Origin: Thermoplasmata archaeon
GTDB taxonomy: Archaea; Thermoplasmatota; Thermoplasmata; Lutacidiplasmatales; UBA184
NCBI GenBank assembly: GCA_035502455.1
Contig: DATJUI010000011.1
Span: forward strand, 15,951-79,950
Direction of reading: 5' to 3'
Length of the DNA stretch: 64,000 bases
Program-made: the position numbers and the translations under genes
Shown: positions 9,339-18,302 of the stretch, one piece after another
Layout: every line of letters starts with the position of its first letter
Numbering within the stretch: the first letter of the stretch is position 1
The notes under the pieces: generated by a model
What the model was told of the DNA's origin: nothing
Databases searched by the model: none
The model's input: only the letters and a program-made list of their open reading frames with translations

Positions 9339-10249
9339 TCGGCCCCGGCCCGACGGAGGCGGAGAGCGATCCCCGGGCCTCGGTCGCGCGCCGCGTCTTC
9401 GTCGTCGGGGCGGGGATCATGGGCAGCGGCATCGCGGCCCAGTGCGCGCTCGCCGGCTATCCCGTGACGCTCGAGGACGTCACCGAGGAGCTCGCGCGAC
9501 GGGGACTCGAGAACGCCCGCCGGGCGCTCGACCACGCGGTCGAGCGCCAGAAGATCGGGCCGGGGGATCGGGACGCGGCCCTTGCCCGCATCGACCTCGC
9601 GATCGGCCTGCGCCGGGCCGACTCGGCCCACGTCGTGATCGAGGCGGCGCCGGAGGACCTCGCCCTCAAGCGCCGGGTGTTCGCCGAGCTCGAGGCGGCG
9701 GCCGCGCCGACCGCGTGGCTGGCTTCGAACACCTCCTCGCTGCCGATCACGGCGATCGGCCAGGAGCTGAACGACCCCGGACGGCTCGTCGGCCTGCACT
9801 TCTTCAACCCGGTCCTTCAGATGCCGCTCGTGGAGCTGATCCCCGGCCACCGGACCCGTCCCGAGGTCACCGCGGCGGCCCGTTCGCTCGCGACGAGCCT
9901 CGGCAAGACGGTGGTGACCAGCGCGGACACGCCCGGGTTCGTCACGACGCGGGCGCTGGCCGTCCTGGTCAACGAGGCCGCGTGGATGCTGTACGAAGGC
10001 GTGGCGACGAAGGAGGACATCGACGCCGCGTACAAGCTCGGCTTCCACCACCCGATGGGCCCGTTCGAGCTGATCGACCTCGTCGGGATCGACACCGCCG
10101 TCGCGATCCTCGACGTGCTCTGGGACGGCTTCAAGGACAGCCGCTACCGGGCCTGCCCGTTGCTGCGGACGATGGTCGCGGCGAAGAAGCTCGGACGTAA
10201 GACGGGGGAAGGGTTCTACCCGTACCCCGCGGGAGAGGCGCGCGCATGA
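9335..10249 (+). CDS. 3-hydroxyacyl-CoA dehydrogenase (NAD-binding)
   Basis: GTG start overlaps the ncsA stop (GTGA). Rossmann motif VFVVGAGIMGSGIA. C-terminal 3HCDH domain motifs (GFHHPMGPFELIDLVGID). Confidence 0.8.
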   Translation: MIGPGPTEAESDPRASVARRVFVVGAGIMGSGIAAQCALAGYPVTLEDVTEELARRGLENARRALDHAVERQKIGPGDRDAALARIDLAIGLRRADSAHVVIEAAPEDLALKRRVFAELEAAAAPTAWLASNTSSLPITAIGQELNDPGRLVGLHFFNPVLQMPLVELIPGHRTRPEVTAAARSLATSLGKTVVTSADTPGFVTTRALAVLVNEAAWMLYEGVATKEDIDAAYKLGFHHPMGPFELIDLVGIDTAVAILDVLWDGFKDSRYRACPLLRTMVAAKKLGRKTGEGFYPYPAGEARA

Positions 10250-11091
10250 GCTCGGTCACGACGGGAGTCCTCGATCTGGTCCTCCTCATCCTGGTGTCGT
10301 TTCTGCCGGCGCTCCTCTACCTCGCGTGGCTGCGCCAGACGGAGCGGTACGCGACGCTCGGCTGGGGGGCGCTGTTCGGAGCGTTCGCCTACGGCGCGCT
10401 GTTCGCGACGATCGTCGCGGGGGTGCTCGAGGCCGTCATCGTGGGGCTCGGGACGGCGGTGAGCACGAACTACCCCGGCCCCGAGTTCCTCTTCCTGAAC
10501 GGCAACTCGAACGCCGGGGCGCTGTTCCTCGTCCTCGTGGTCGCGCCGTTCATCGAGGAGGCGCTCAAGGCGTCCGGGGTCGTCGCCAACCGCGCGAAGA
10601 TCCGACTGCTGGCGGACGGACCCGTCTTCGGGGCCTCGGTCGGACTCGGCTTCGGATTCTTCGAGACGTTCCTCTACGGGCTCGGGGCGTTCGTCGTCGG
10701 CGGGCTCGCCGCCGGGATCGCCCTCATCCTCATCCGCAGCGTCTCGAGCGTCCTCCTGCACGGGAGCTCCACCGGCATGTTCGGCTACGGCTACGCCCGG
10801 TCCCGTTTCGGGGTCCCCGGCCCGGGCTCGGGCAGCTACTACCTGCTCGCCGTGACGATGCACGCCACCTTCAACGCGCTCGCCTCCCTCGCGACGATCC
10901 TCGCGCTCGTCGGGATCACGGGGATCGGCCTCGACGCGGGGGCGATCCTCGCTCTGTTCGCGGCGATCCTGTTCGCGGTCACGGCGATCGAGCACGTGCG
11001 GGCCGTGATCCTGTCGAGCGACTACCCGGCCCTGCTCGCCGGAGCCGGCCGGTACCGCCCCGGGACGAGCCGTCCCCCCGGCCCGTCGTGA
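10246..11091 (+). CDS. CPBP/PrsW-like intramembrane metalloprotease family protein
   Basis: ATGA overlap with the upstream gene. Multi-TM protein with the PFIEEALK (EExxK), FGFFETF and HATFN motifs characteristic of the CAAX/PrsW protease family. Confidence 0.6.
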   Translation: MSSVTTGVLDLVLLILVSFLPALLYLAWLRQTERYATLGWGALFGAFAYGALFATIVAGVLEAVIVGLGTAVSTNYPGPEFLFLNGNSNAGALFLVLVVAPFIEEALKASGVVANRAKIRLLADGPVFGASVGLGFGFFETFLYGLGAFVVGGLAAGIALILIRSVSSVLLHGSSTGMFGYGYARSRFGVPGPGSGSYYLLAVTMHATFNALASLATILALVGITGIGLDAGAILALFAAILFAVTAIEHVRAVILSSDYPALLAGAGRYRPGTSRPPGPS

Positions 11092-11098
11092 CGTCGCC

Positions 11099-11497
11099 CT
11101 ACCGGGGGGCCGCCGGCCGGTCGTGCTGCCGCTGCCACGCCGCTTCGCCGATCGACCGGTAGACGCTCTCCGCCTCGTCGGCGGGCGGCGCCTCGCCGGC
11201 CTGGCCGACGTCGCGGATGCGGGCCTTCTTGAGCAGCCAGTAGTGGATCCGCCACGTCTTCCCCCGGGAGACGGTCGCGTCCTCCTCCTCGCTCGTGAGC
11301 AGCCCCTCCTCCTCGAGCTGGTAGAACCGGTCCCGGTCCTCGCTCGACAGCTTGTTGTCGAGGACGGAGTCCTCGAGGCCGAAGTACCCGAGGACCATCC
11401 GGGCCATCGGCCGCGCCTCGGCGGCCGGGATCTTCCCGTGCGCGACCAAGGTCCGTTCGATCGCGCGCTCCAGCTCCTGCTGGGTGATCGACGCCAT
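11099..11497 (-). CDS. Hypothetical conserved protein with acidic/Ser-Glu rich central segment
   Basis: 132 aa counted from MASITQQELERAIER. No recognisable motifs. Start set by ORF-frame arithmetic. Confidence 0.45.
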   Translation of the reverse strand: MASITQQELERAIERTLVAHGKIPAAEARPMARMVLGYFGLEDSVLDNKLSSEDRDRFYQLEEEGLLTSEEEDATVSRGKTWRIHYWLLKKARIRDVGQAGEAPPADEAESVYRSIGEAAWQRQHDRPAAPR

Positions 11498-11612
11498 CGA
11501 CCCCGGGGCACTCCACCGCCGAGTAAAAGGGGTTCGTCGCAGGCGCGGGGCCGCGCGCCCGCGCACCGGGCGGCGCGACACCGTTAACCGACCCCCGAAG
11601 CTCCGAGCGACG

Positions 11613-12851
11613 ATGGCCGACCCCCCGACGTTCGAGCTCTCGGACCCGGTGCTGGCCGCCGCCCGGCGCGCGCTCGACCGGGGCCTCTGCGCCGAATGCT
11701 TCGGCCGCCTGTTCGGGCGGTGGGGCCACGGGCTCGGCAATCCCGAACGGGCCCGCCGGATCGCCGAGCGTCTCGGCGTGGCCGGGCCCGCGGGGGTGGC
11801 CGACTGCGCCGTCTGCGCGGGGGTCTTCGATCGGCTCCCCCGCTGGGTCGAGCGGGCCGAGGCCGCGGCGGACGGCCGCGAGTGGCACCGGTTCACCTGC
11901 GGCTCCCGCTGGGAGCCGGAGCGCCTCGCCCACGAGGAGGCGATCGCGCTCGAGATCGGCAGCGAGTGGGCCGAGAGCGCCCGGTCGGCGTTCAACCGGG
12001 AGTGGGGCAAGCTCCTCGAGGCCCGCACGGGCGCCGCCGGGGGGCCGGACCGGCCCGACCTCGTGTTCCTCGCCGACCTGCCGGTCGGCCGGGTCGAGGT
12101 GACGGTCCAGCCGCTGTACGTCCAGGGCCGGTACCGCAAGCTCGACCGCACGCTCCCCCAGACGCGGTGGCCGTGCCGCCGGTGCGGCGGACGAGGGTGC
12201 GCGACGTGCGGCGGCTCGGGCAAGACCTACCCGACGAGCGTCGAGGAGCTCGTCGGCGCGCCCCTCGTCGCGGCGACCGGCGCGGAGGGGACCCGGTTCC
12301 ACGGGATGGGCCGCGAGGACATCGACGCCCGGATGCTCGGCCACGGCCGTCCGTTCGTCCTCGAGCTCCTGCGGCCCCGGCGCCGGAGCGTCGACCTCGC
12401 TCCGCTCGCCGCGGCGATCGCCGCCGACTCCGCTGGACGGGTGGAGGTGCTCGACCTGCGACCGGCCGACGCGGACGACGTGCGGCGGGTCAAGGAGGCG
12501 AACCCGGAAAAGAGCTACCGGGTCGGCGTGCGCGGCGACGTGCCGGTGGCAAAGGTTAATGAGGCCCTCGAACTCGCCACGGTCCGAGCGATCGCCCAGC
12601 GCACGCCGACGCGCGTCGCGCACCGGCGAGCCGACCGCGTACGGACGCGGCGGGTCGTCGCCGCGCGGCTCGTCGAGGCGGGCGGAGGGGAGTTCACGCT
12701 CGACCTGCGAACGGAAGCCGGCACGTACGTCAAGGAGTGGGTGGAGGGAGATGGCGGACGCACCGAACCGAGCCTCGCCGGTCTCCTCGGCGCCCCGCTC
12801 AAGGTCGCCTTCCTCGACGTGACGGAGATCCACGACCCGGAGGCGAAGTAG
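11613..12851 (+). CDS. pus10: tRNA pseudouridine synthase Pus10 (archaeal psi54/55 synthase)
   Basis: N-terminal CAECFGRLFG Zn-ribbon/THUMP-like region, a CRRCGGRGCATCGGSGK zinc ribbon, and a catalytic domain with the GREDIDARMLGHGRPFVLEL motif. Confidence 0.85.
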   Translation: MADPPTFELSDPVLAAARRALDRGLCAECFGRLFGRWGHGLGNPERARRIAERLGVAGPAGVADCAVCAGVFDRLPRWVERAEAAADGREWHRFTCGSRWEPERLAHEEAIALEIGSEWAESARSAFNREWGKLLEARTGAAGGPDRPDLVFLADLPVGRVEVTVQPLYVQGRYRKLDRTLPQTRWPCRRCGGRGCATCGGSGKTYPTSVEELVGAPLVAATGAEGTRFHGMGREDIDARMLGHGRPFVLELLRPRRRSVDLAPLAAAIAADSAGRVEVLDLRPADADDVRRVKEANPEKSYRVGVRGDVPVAKVNEALELATVRAIAQRTPTRVAHRRADRVRTRRVVAARLVEAGGGEFTLDLRTEAGTYVKEWVEGDGGRTEPSLAGLLGAPLKVAFLDVTEIHDPEAK

Positions 12852-13166
12852 ATGGTGAAGAGTTCGAAGGGGTTCCGCTCGCGGAGCCGCGGCACGTTCA
12901 CGAAGACGGTGCGCGAGCGCGGGATGCCGCCCGTGAACCGGTTCCTCCGCGAGTTCGCCGTCGGAGACCGGGTGACGGTCGTCCTCGAGCCGTCGGACCC
13001 CCACGGCCAGCCTCACCCCCGCTACCAGGGCCGGACGTGCACGGTCGTCGCGAAGCGGGGCCGGGCCTACCGCATCGAGTTCCTGGACGGCCGCAAGCGC
13101 AAGGAGCTGATCGCGAACCCGATCCACCTCGTGCCGGCCGCGCGCACGGAGGCGACCGATGCCTGA
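12852..13166 (+). CDS. rpl21e: 50S ribosomal protein L21e
   Basis: 104 aa. MVKSSKGFRSRSRGTFTK N-terminus typical of L21e. Sits in the conserved L21e-RpoF-DUF655-KsgA archaeal cluster. Confidence 0.9.
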   Translation: MVKSSKGFRSRSRGTFTKTVRERGMPPVNRFLREFAVGDRVTVVLEPSDPHGQPHPRYQGRTCTVVAKRGRAYRIEFLDGRKRKELIANPIHLVPAARTEATDA

Positions 13167-13473
13167 ACCGGTGCCGCTCGCCCGCGTGAAGGACCTGCTC
13201 ACCGAGGAGGCGACGCACCGCACGCTGCCCCGCGAGGCCGGGCTCGCGCTCCAGCACGCCGAGCTGTTCGTGCGCCTCACCGCGGAGCAGACCGACAAGC
13301 TCGTGCAGGAGCTGAGGGGCCTTCCGTACGTCGACGCCGCCGTCGCGGTGAAGGTCGCCGACGTCCTGCCGCAATACCCCGAAGAGATCCGCCTCCTGTT
13401 CTCGCGGGAGCGGGTCACGCTGGACGAGGCCCAGGTGACCCGCCTCCTCGAGATCGTGGCGCAGTACCGATGA
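13159..13473 (+). CDS. rpoF: DNA-directed RNA polymerase subunit F (Rpo4/RpoF)
   Basis: 104-aa helical protein. Position immediately after L21e matches conserved archaeal synteny. Overlaps L21e by 8 nt. Confidence 0.7.
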   Translation: MPEPVPLARVKDLLTEEATHRTLPREAGLALQHAELFVRLTAEQTDKLVQELRGLPYVDAAVAVKVADVLPQYPEEIRLLFSRERVTLDEAQVTRLLEIVAQYR

Positions 13474-13488
13474 GCGGGGAGGCGACCC

Positions 13489-14034
13489 GTGGAGAACTTC
13501 GCGTACATCCTCGACTACCTGCCGAACGGCCGCCCGACCGAGCGCGGCTTCCATCGGGAGCCGCTTGCCCTCGCCATCGGTGAGGACGAGCTCAAGCTGT
13601 TCGAGCTCGTGCCCCGACCGGGGGTGACGCTCGCCCCCGGGAGCCGGGTGCCGCTGGGGGCGACCGGCGGGGCGCCGCCCCCGATCGATCACGTGCGCCG
13701 CCGGGTCGGGTTCGACGAGCTGACCGTCGCCGCCCGGACCGAGCTCACGACGGTCCTCGAGCGGATCGTGGAGGCGAACGCGCCCCGGTACCTGCGCTTC
13801 TTCAACGAGGCGCCCGCCGTCTCGCGGCGGTTCCACCTGCTCGAGCTCCTGCCCGGGATCGGCAAGAAGACGATGCAGCAGATCGTCGACGAGCGGCGCC
13901 GCGCCCCGTTCGCGAGCTTCGCCGAGATCGAGCAGCGGCTCCACCTCAAGTCGCCCGCGCAGCTGATCGTCGGGCGGATCGAGCAGGAGCTCTCGGGTGT
14001 CGAGGACAAGTACCGCCTCTTCGTCGCGCCGTGA
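13489..14034 (+). CDS. DUF655 family RNA-binding protein (HhH)
   Basis: GTG start. N-terminus ENFAYILDYLPNGRP is typical of DUF655. Conserved position between rpoF and ksgA. Confidence 0.7.
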   Translation: MENFAYILDYLPNGRPTERGFHREPLALAIGEDELKLFELVPRPGVTLAPGSRVPLGATGGAPPPIDHVRRRVGFDELTVAARTELTTVLERIVEANAPRYLRFFNEAPAVSRRFHLLELLPGIGKKTMQQIVDERRRAPFASFAEIEQRLHLKSPAQLIVGRIEQELSGVEDKYRLFVAP

Positions 14035-14056
14035 GCCCCGCCCGCCCGCCGGCCCG

Positions 14057-14887
14057 GTGCCCCACCGGGCCGAGGAGGTGGAGGCGGCGCTCGGTCGCCT
14101 CCGCGTGACCCCGTCCAAGGGGCGGGGCCAGTCGTTCCTCGTCGACCCGTTCGTGGCCGACGCGGAGGCGGCGCTGCTCGCCTCGCCGCCGGGCACCCCG
14201 GCGCTGGAGATCGGGGGCGGCCTCGGGATCCTCACCGAGGCGCTGCTCCGCCGCGGGGTCGCGCCCCTCACGGTCGTCGAGCGGGACCCCGCGCTGGCGT
14301 CGTTCCTCGCCCGGACCTTCGGCGATCGCGCGGCGGTCGTGACGGGGGATGCGCGCACGATCGATCTCCCCCCCGTCCAGCGGGCCGCCGGGAACCTGCC
14401 CTATTCGGTGGCGACGCCGATCCTGCTGCGGCTGCTCGCGCGGCGGATCCCCCGCATCGTCGTCCTCCTGCAGCGCGAGGTCGCCGAGCGGATCGCCGCC
14501 CCTCCCGGCGGGAGGAGCTACGGCCGTCTCTCGATCGTCGCCCGCCTCTACGGCGAGCCAGAACTGTTCCGCTCCGTCGGGCCCGAGGCGTTCTGGCCGC
14601 GGCCCGAGGTCGAGAGCCGTCTCGTGGTGCACACCGCCCGGCCCGGGCCGCTCCCGGTCCCGTCCGTGCCCCGCTTCGAGCTCGCGGTCCGCACGCTGTT
14701 CTCCGCGCGGCGCAAGCAGCTCGGGAACCTGCTGCCGCGCCTCGTCGCCTCCCGGTCCGACGCGGCGCGTCTCGCCGCCCGGGCCGGGTGGCCCGACGAC
14801 TGGGCGACCCGCCGGCCCGAGGAGCTCGCGCCCGAAGCGTTCTTCGCGCTCGCCCGCGCGCTGGGAACCCGACCGGCACCGACGTGA
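14057..14887 (+). CDS. rsmA: 16S rRNA (adenine1518/1519-N6) dimethyltransferase KsgA/RsmA/Dim1
   Basis: GTG start chosen about 17 aa before the GQSFLVD motif. SAM motif LEIGGGLG. NLPYSVATPIL motif. Confidence 0.85.
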   Translation: MPHRAEEVEAALGRLRVTPSKGRGQSFLVDPFVADAEAALLASPPGTPALEIGGGLGILTEALLRRGVAPLTVVERDPALASFLARTFGDRAAVVTGDARTIDLPPVQRAAGNLPYSVATPILLRLLARRIPRIVVLLQREVAERIAAPPGGRSYGRLSIVARLYGEPELFRSVGPEAFWPRPEVESRLVVHTARPGPLPVPSVPRFELAVRTLFSARRKQLGNLLPRLVASRSDAARLAARAGWPDDWATRRPEELAPEAFFALARALGTRPAPT

Positions 14888-15350
14888 GCGGGGGCCGGAT
14901 CGATCGGCGCCCGCCGACGCTCCCGAGCCCGGTACCGTGCCGGCGGCGCACGGGCGAGCCTCCGAAGGGGAGATGCGCGCCGCCCCGCGGGCACGGTCCC
15001 TCCCTGGCGTGGTCGAGGATCGACCCCCTCTTCCCGATCGGCGTCGCCCTCTGCGCGGTCGGGGTCGGGCTGGGCGTCGGGATCGGGCTGGTCGCCCCGC
15101 CGGCCGGTCAGGCGTTTCCCTGCGTGGGGGCGGTCGAGCTCGCCCTGGGACGGTTCGTGGGGGTGATCCGCGTGATCGCGGGTCTTTCGCTGGCCGTCAT
15201 CGGGTTCCCCCGTCGGCCCGGGCGGCGGGCCGAGTTCCTCGGGGAGGACGCCGGACCGGCGCCCCCGGACGTGGCCGACGCGGAGGCCGCTCGGGTGCAG
15301 CCGGGGCTCTCCGGGCTGTACCCGTACATGCGGCCGCCGCCTCCCAAGGG

Positions 15351-16349
15351 TCAGCGGGCCCGGCGCGATCGCGCACCGCCCGGACCGAGGGGACGTTCCG
15401 GGGCGCGCTCGAACGGTGGCCGGGACGCCAGGACCGCGCGGATCGTCGCCTGCGCCTCCTCGAGCTCCTCGCCCACGAGCGGGAGGCGCGGGGGGCGCAC
15501 GCGCACCTCGCCCTGGCCGACCTCGGACTCGACGAGCTTCACGAGCTGGACGAACTTCGGCACGGTGTCCATCCGCAGGAGCGGGAGGAACCACCGGTAC
15601 CGCGCGTCGGCCTCGGACCGATCTCCGCGCCTGGCCCGCTCGAAGAGCGCGACCGACTCCTCGGGCAGCGCGTTCGCGAGACCGGCGACCCACCCGGTCG
15701 CCCCGGCGCGGACCCCCTCGAGGACGGCGTCGTCGAGGCCCACCGAGATCGCGACCCGCGACCCGAGGAGCGCCCGCAGCGCCGTGACCCGCCGCACGTC
15801 CCCGCTGGACTCTTTGACCGCGGTGAGCGTCGGCGCCTCGGCGACCAGCTCGAGCACCTCCGCCGGGCTCACGTCCGTGCCGTAGGCGGCCGGGTTGTTG
15901 TACAGCATGCACGGGAGCTCCGTCGCCCGGGCGACCGAGACGAAGTGCGCGTGCACCTCGCGGCGATCGCCGCGGTACACGTACGGGGGCAGGAGCAGGA
16001 GCGCCCGCGCCCCGGCCGTGGCGAGCGCCCGGGCGAGCGCGACCGCCTCCCGGGTCGACGGGGCGCCGACCGCGGCCACGAGGGAACGGCCGGGCGGGAT
16101 CGCCTCGGCGAGGGCCGCCACCATCGCGGTGCGCTCGGCCCCCGAGAGCGCCGCGCCTTCTCCGAGCGATCCCGCGACGACCACCCCGTCCGCGCCGCGG
16201 GCGACGAGGTCCCGCGCGTGCTCGACGAAGCGGGGAAGGTCGACCTCGAGGTCGGTGCGGAACGGGGTCGTCAGCGCGACGAGGACGCCATCCCACGGCG
16301 CCCGTGCGCGGGCGGCGCGATCGCGGGCGGACCGGTCGGTCGCGGTCAT
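15351..16349 (-). CDS. DapA-family lyase (dihydrodipicolinate synthase / pyrroline-4-hydroxy-2-carboxylate deaminase-like)
   Basis: 333 aa. Class I aldolase DapA fold motifs (GVVVAGSLGEGAALS, Schiff-base Lys region TAVKESSGD). 4-nt overlap with the adjacent proline-racemase-like gene. Confidence 0.8.
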   Translation of the reverse strand: MTATDRSARDRAARARAPWDGVLVALTTPFRTDLEVDLPRFVEHARDLVARGADGVVVAGSLGEGAALSGAERTAMVAALAEAIPPGRSLVAAVGAPSTREAVALARALATAGARALLLLPPYVYRGDRREVHAHFVSVARATELPCMLYNNPAAYGTDVSPAEVLELVAEAPTLTAVKESSGDVRRVTALRALLGSRVAISVGLDDAVLEGVRAGATGWVAGLANALPEESVALFERARRGDRSEADARYRWFLPLLRMDTVPKFVQLVKLVESEVGQGEVRVRPPRLPLVGEELEEAQATIRAVLASRPPFERAPERPLGPGGARSRRAR

Positions 16350-17284
16350 TCCGGCACCCCGTAGCGGTACGGATCGTGCTCCTCGAGCAGGAGGTCGCCC
16401 TCGCCGGTCACGTGGGCCGACCCCCGGATCTCGGGCCGGAGGACCCCGGCGTCGACGACCAGTCGGCCTTCGAAGACGCCGCCGAGGATCCCTTCCTGCC
16501 GCCAGACCTCGCCGACCGCGAGCGCGCCCGCGGCGTGGAGGCACGCGAGCCGCGCGCTGGTACCCGTCCCGCACGGCGAGCGATCGTAGCTCCCGCCCGG
16601 GCACAGCACGAAGTTGCGCGCATCGTGTCCGGGATCGCGGGGGGGTCCCATCAGCTCGATGTGGTCGATCGGGGCGCCGTCGTCGCCCGTCACGCCGGCC
16701 CGGGCGAGCGCGGCGCGCACCGAGGTCGTGTACGCGAGCAGCGCGGGGGCCTCCGCCGCGTCGAGCCGTCGATCCCCGGCGTCGGTGAGGAAGAACCAGT
16801 TGCCGCCCCAGGCGACGTCCCCGGTGACGCGACCCTGCCCCGGCACGTCGATCGCGACGTCGGCCCGCGAGCGTCGGGCCGGAACGTTGAGGAAGCTGAC
16901 CGACTGGCGGTCGTGGAGCTCGGCCCGGACCGACCCCACCGGCGTGTCGAGGACGAGCGGGCCCACGGGGAGACGTCCGAGATGGTGGAGCGAGACCGCC
17001 GCTCCGATCGTCCCGTGCCCGCACATCCCGAGCGTCCCGCGGTTGTTGAAGAAGATCAACCCGGCGCGATGCCCGGGGTCGTCCGGCGGAAGGAGCAGGG
17101 CCCCCACGACCGAGGGGGCGGCGCGCGGCTCGGTCACGACGGCCCGACGGAACTCCCCGTGCTGACGGTCGAAACGGGCGCGCTGCTCCCGCAGCGGGCC
17201 CGGTCCGAGCTCCGGCCCGCCCGAGACGACGAGCCGGGTCGGTTCTCCCTCGGTATGCGAGTCGACCACGTGGACACGCTGCAT
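16346..17284 (-). CDS. Proline racemase family protein (4-hydroxyproline 2-epimerase / trans-3-hydroxyproline dehydratase-like)
   Basis: 312 aa. Two catalytic-Cys motifs of the proline racemase family: GMCGHG (SxCGxG type) and DRSPCGTGTSA. Confidence 0.85.
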   Translation of the reverse strand: MQRVHVVDSHTEGEPTRLVVSGGPELGPGPLREQRARFDRQHGEFRRAVVTEPRAAPSVVGALLLPPDDPGHRAGLIFFNNRGTLGMCGHGTIGAAVSLHHLGRLPVGPLVLDTPVGSVRAELHDRQSVSFLNVPARRSRADVAIDVPGQGRVTGDVAWGGNWFFLTDAGDRRLDAAEAPALLAYTTSVRAALARAGVTGDDGAPIDHIELMGPPRDPGHDARNFVLCPGGSYDRSPCGTGTSARLACLHAAGALAVGEVWRQEGILGGVFEGRLVVDAGVLRPEIRGSAHVTGEGDLLLEEHDPYRYGVPE

Positions 17285-17644
17285 GGGGCCGGGCCGCCGG
17301 AGGAACTCCCGAGGGCTGCCCCCGAAGGTAACCGTTTCGCTGGCGACACCGAAACCGTAGAGCCCCCGCTCGGGCCGGGGACCGGCCGCTCGTCGTAACT
17401 CTATAGCTAAGTGAGCGTGTGCGCTGAATTTGTCGTAAAGATGTAGTATCGGGGTGACCTGGAAGCTGGGGTTGGGAACCGCCTCGGAAGGCTCGGCAAT
17501 GACGTCCGAGCGATCCCCTCCCGCGGCGAACTCACGACCTCCGAAGACGCTCCGGTCTCGGGCGTTAGGTCGATCGAAGTTCGCTGCCGAGGATGGGGCG
17601 CAGGTCAGAACGGGGGGAAGGAAGGAGTCCTACCGCTCGATCCA

Positions 17645-17836
17645 TCACTTCGCCTTGCGCCCTTTGAGGGCCTCGTCGACCAGTACGGCCACGAGATTGG
17701 AGACCGACCGGCGCTCCTTGGGCGCGATCTCCTCGAGTCGCTTCCGGACCGCCGGCTCGAAGTAGACCGCGATCACCTGCAGCTTCTCGGCGGGACCCTT
17801 CCGAGGACGGGGCATGAGGGCGAGATTGGCTCCCAC
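17645..17836 (-). CDS. Ribbon-helix-helix (CopG/Arc-like) DNA-binding protein
   Basis: 63 aa. The central RKRLEEIAPKERRSVSNLVAVLVDEAL stretch matches the RHH beta-strand-helix-helix pattern. Confidence 0.55.
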   Translation of the reverse strand: MGANLALMPRPRKGPAEKLQVIAVYFEPAVRKRLEEIAPKERRSVSNLVAVLVDEALKGRKAK

Positions 17837-18260
17837 TGCTTAGAGTCTCTGTGCGCAGCGCGGGGGGGCCCCGAGCGCGGCGAGGGGGAAGACCCGCGCG
17901 TCCACCGCGCGTCCCCAACCCGTTGAAGGCCACCTGCCTGCGGGCCCCAGCGGCCGTGGGACCGTCGAGGTGCAGAGAAGGAGCCCGGAATAACGTCGGC
18001 AGGGCCACCCGCCGAACGCGAGCCCCGGACATCGTGGGCCGGGATTCAGTTGAAGATCGTCGACATGACCGGTCCCCCCATGGGCTCCACTCCGCTCGTC
18101 GCGGCGTCGGCCGGGGCGTACTTCGTCCACTCGACGGTTGCCCGGGGCGTGCCGACGAGCCATCGGGCGCATCGCAGGAACATCGTGAGGGGGGTGGCCT
18201 CTCTGCGCGTACTCCGGCGGCTATGGGACTCGCGGACCCCCTGGGGGCGGGGCGCGACTA

Positions 18261-18269
18261 TTTTATATA
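18261..18269 (+). promoter_or_regulatory. TATA box (ttttatata) of thermosome gene, followed by perfect inverted repeat GGGCAAttTTGCCC (18273-18286)
   Basis: An AT-rich octamer in a 70% GC background, about 35-40 nt upstream of ATG 18303. The palindrome lies between the TATA box and the start. Confidence 0.6.
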
Positions 18270-18302
18270 GAAGGGCAATTTTGCCCATCGTGGTGAGCTA
18301 GA

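Noticed and set aside
11022-13508. 828-aa minus-strand ORF spanning Pus10, L21e and RpoF
   Set aside because: Antisense to three well-supported genes. Low-complexity translation.
12898-14358. 486-aa minus-strand ORF
   Set aside because: Antisense to L21e, RpoF, DUF655 and KsgA. Low-complexity translation.
17840-18250. Possible RNase P RNA or SRP RNA
   Set aside because: Found only partial resemblances (CCGGGCUCC on the minus strand versus RNase P CR-I; GAAGGAGC...GGCAGG versus SRP helix 8). No convincing conserved core could be aligned by eye. Left as a generic ncRNA candidate needing a covariance-model scan.
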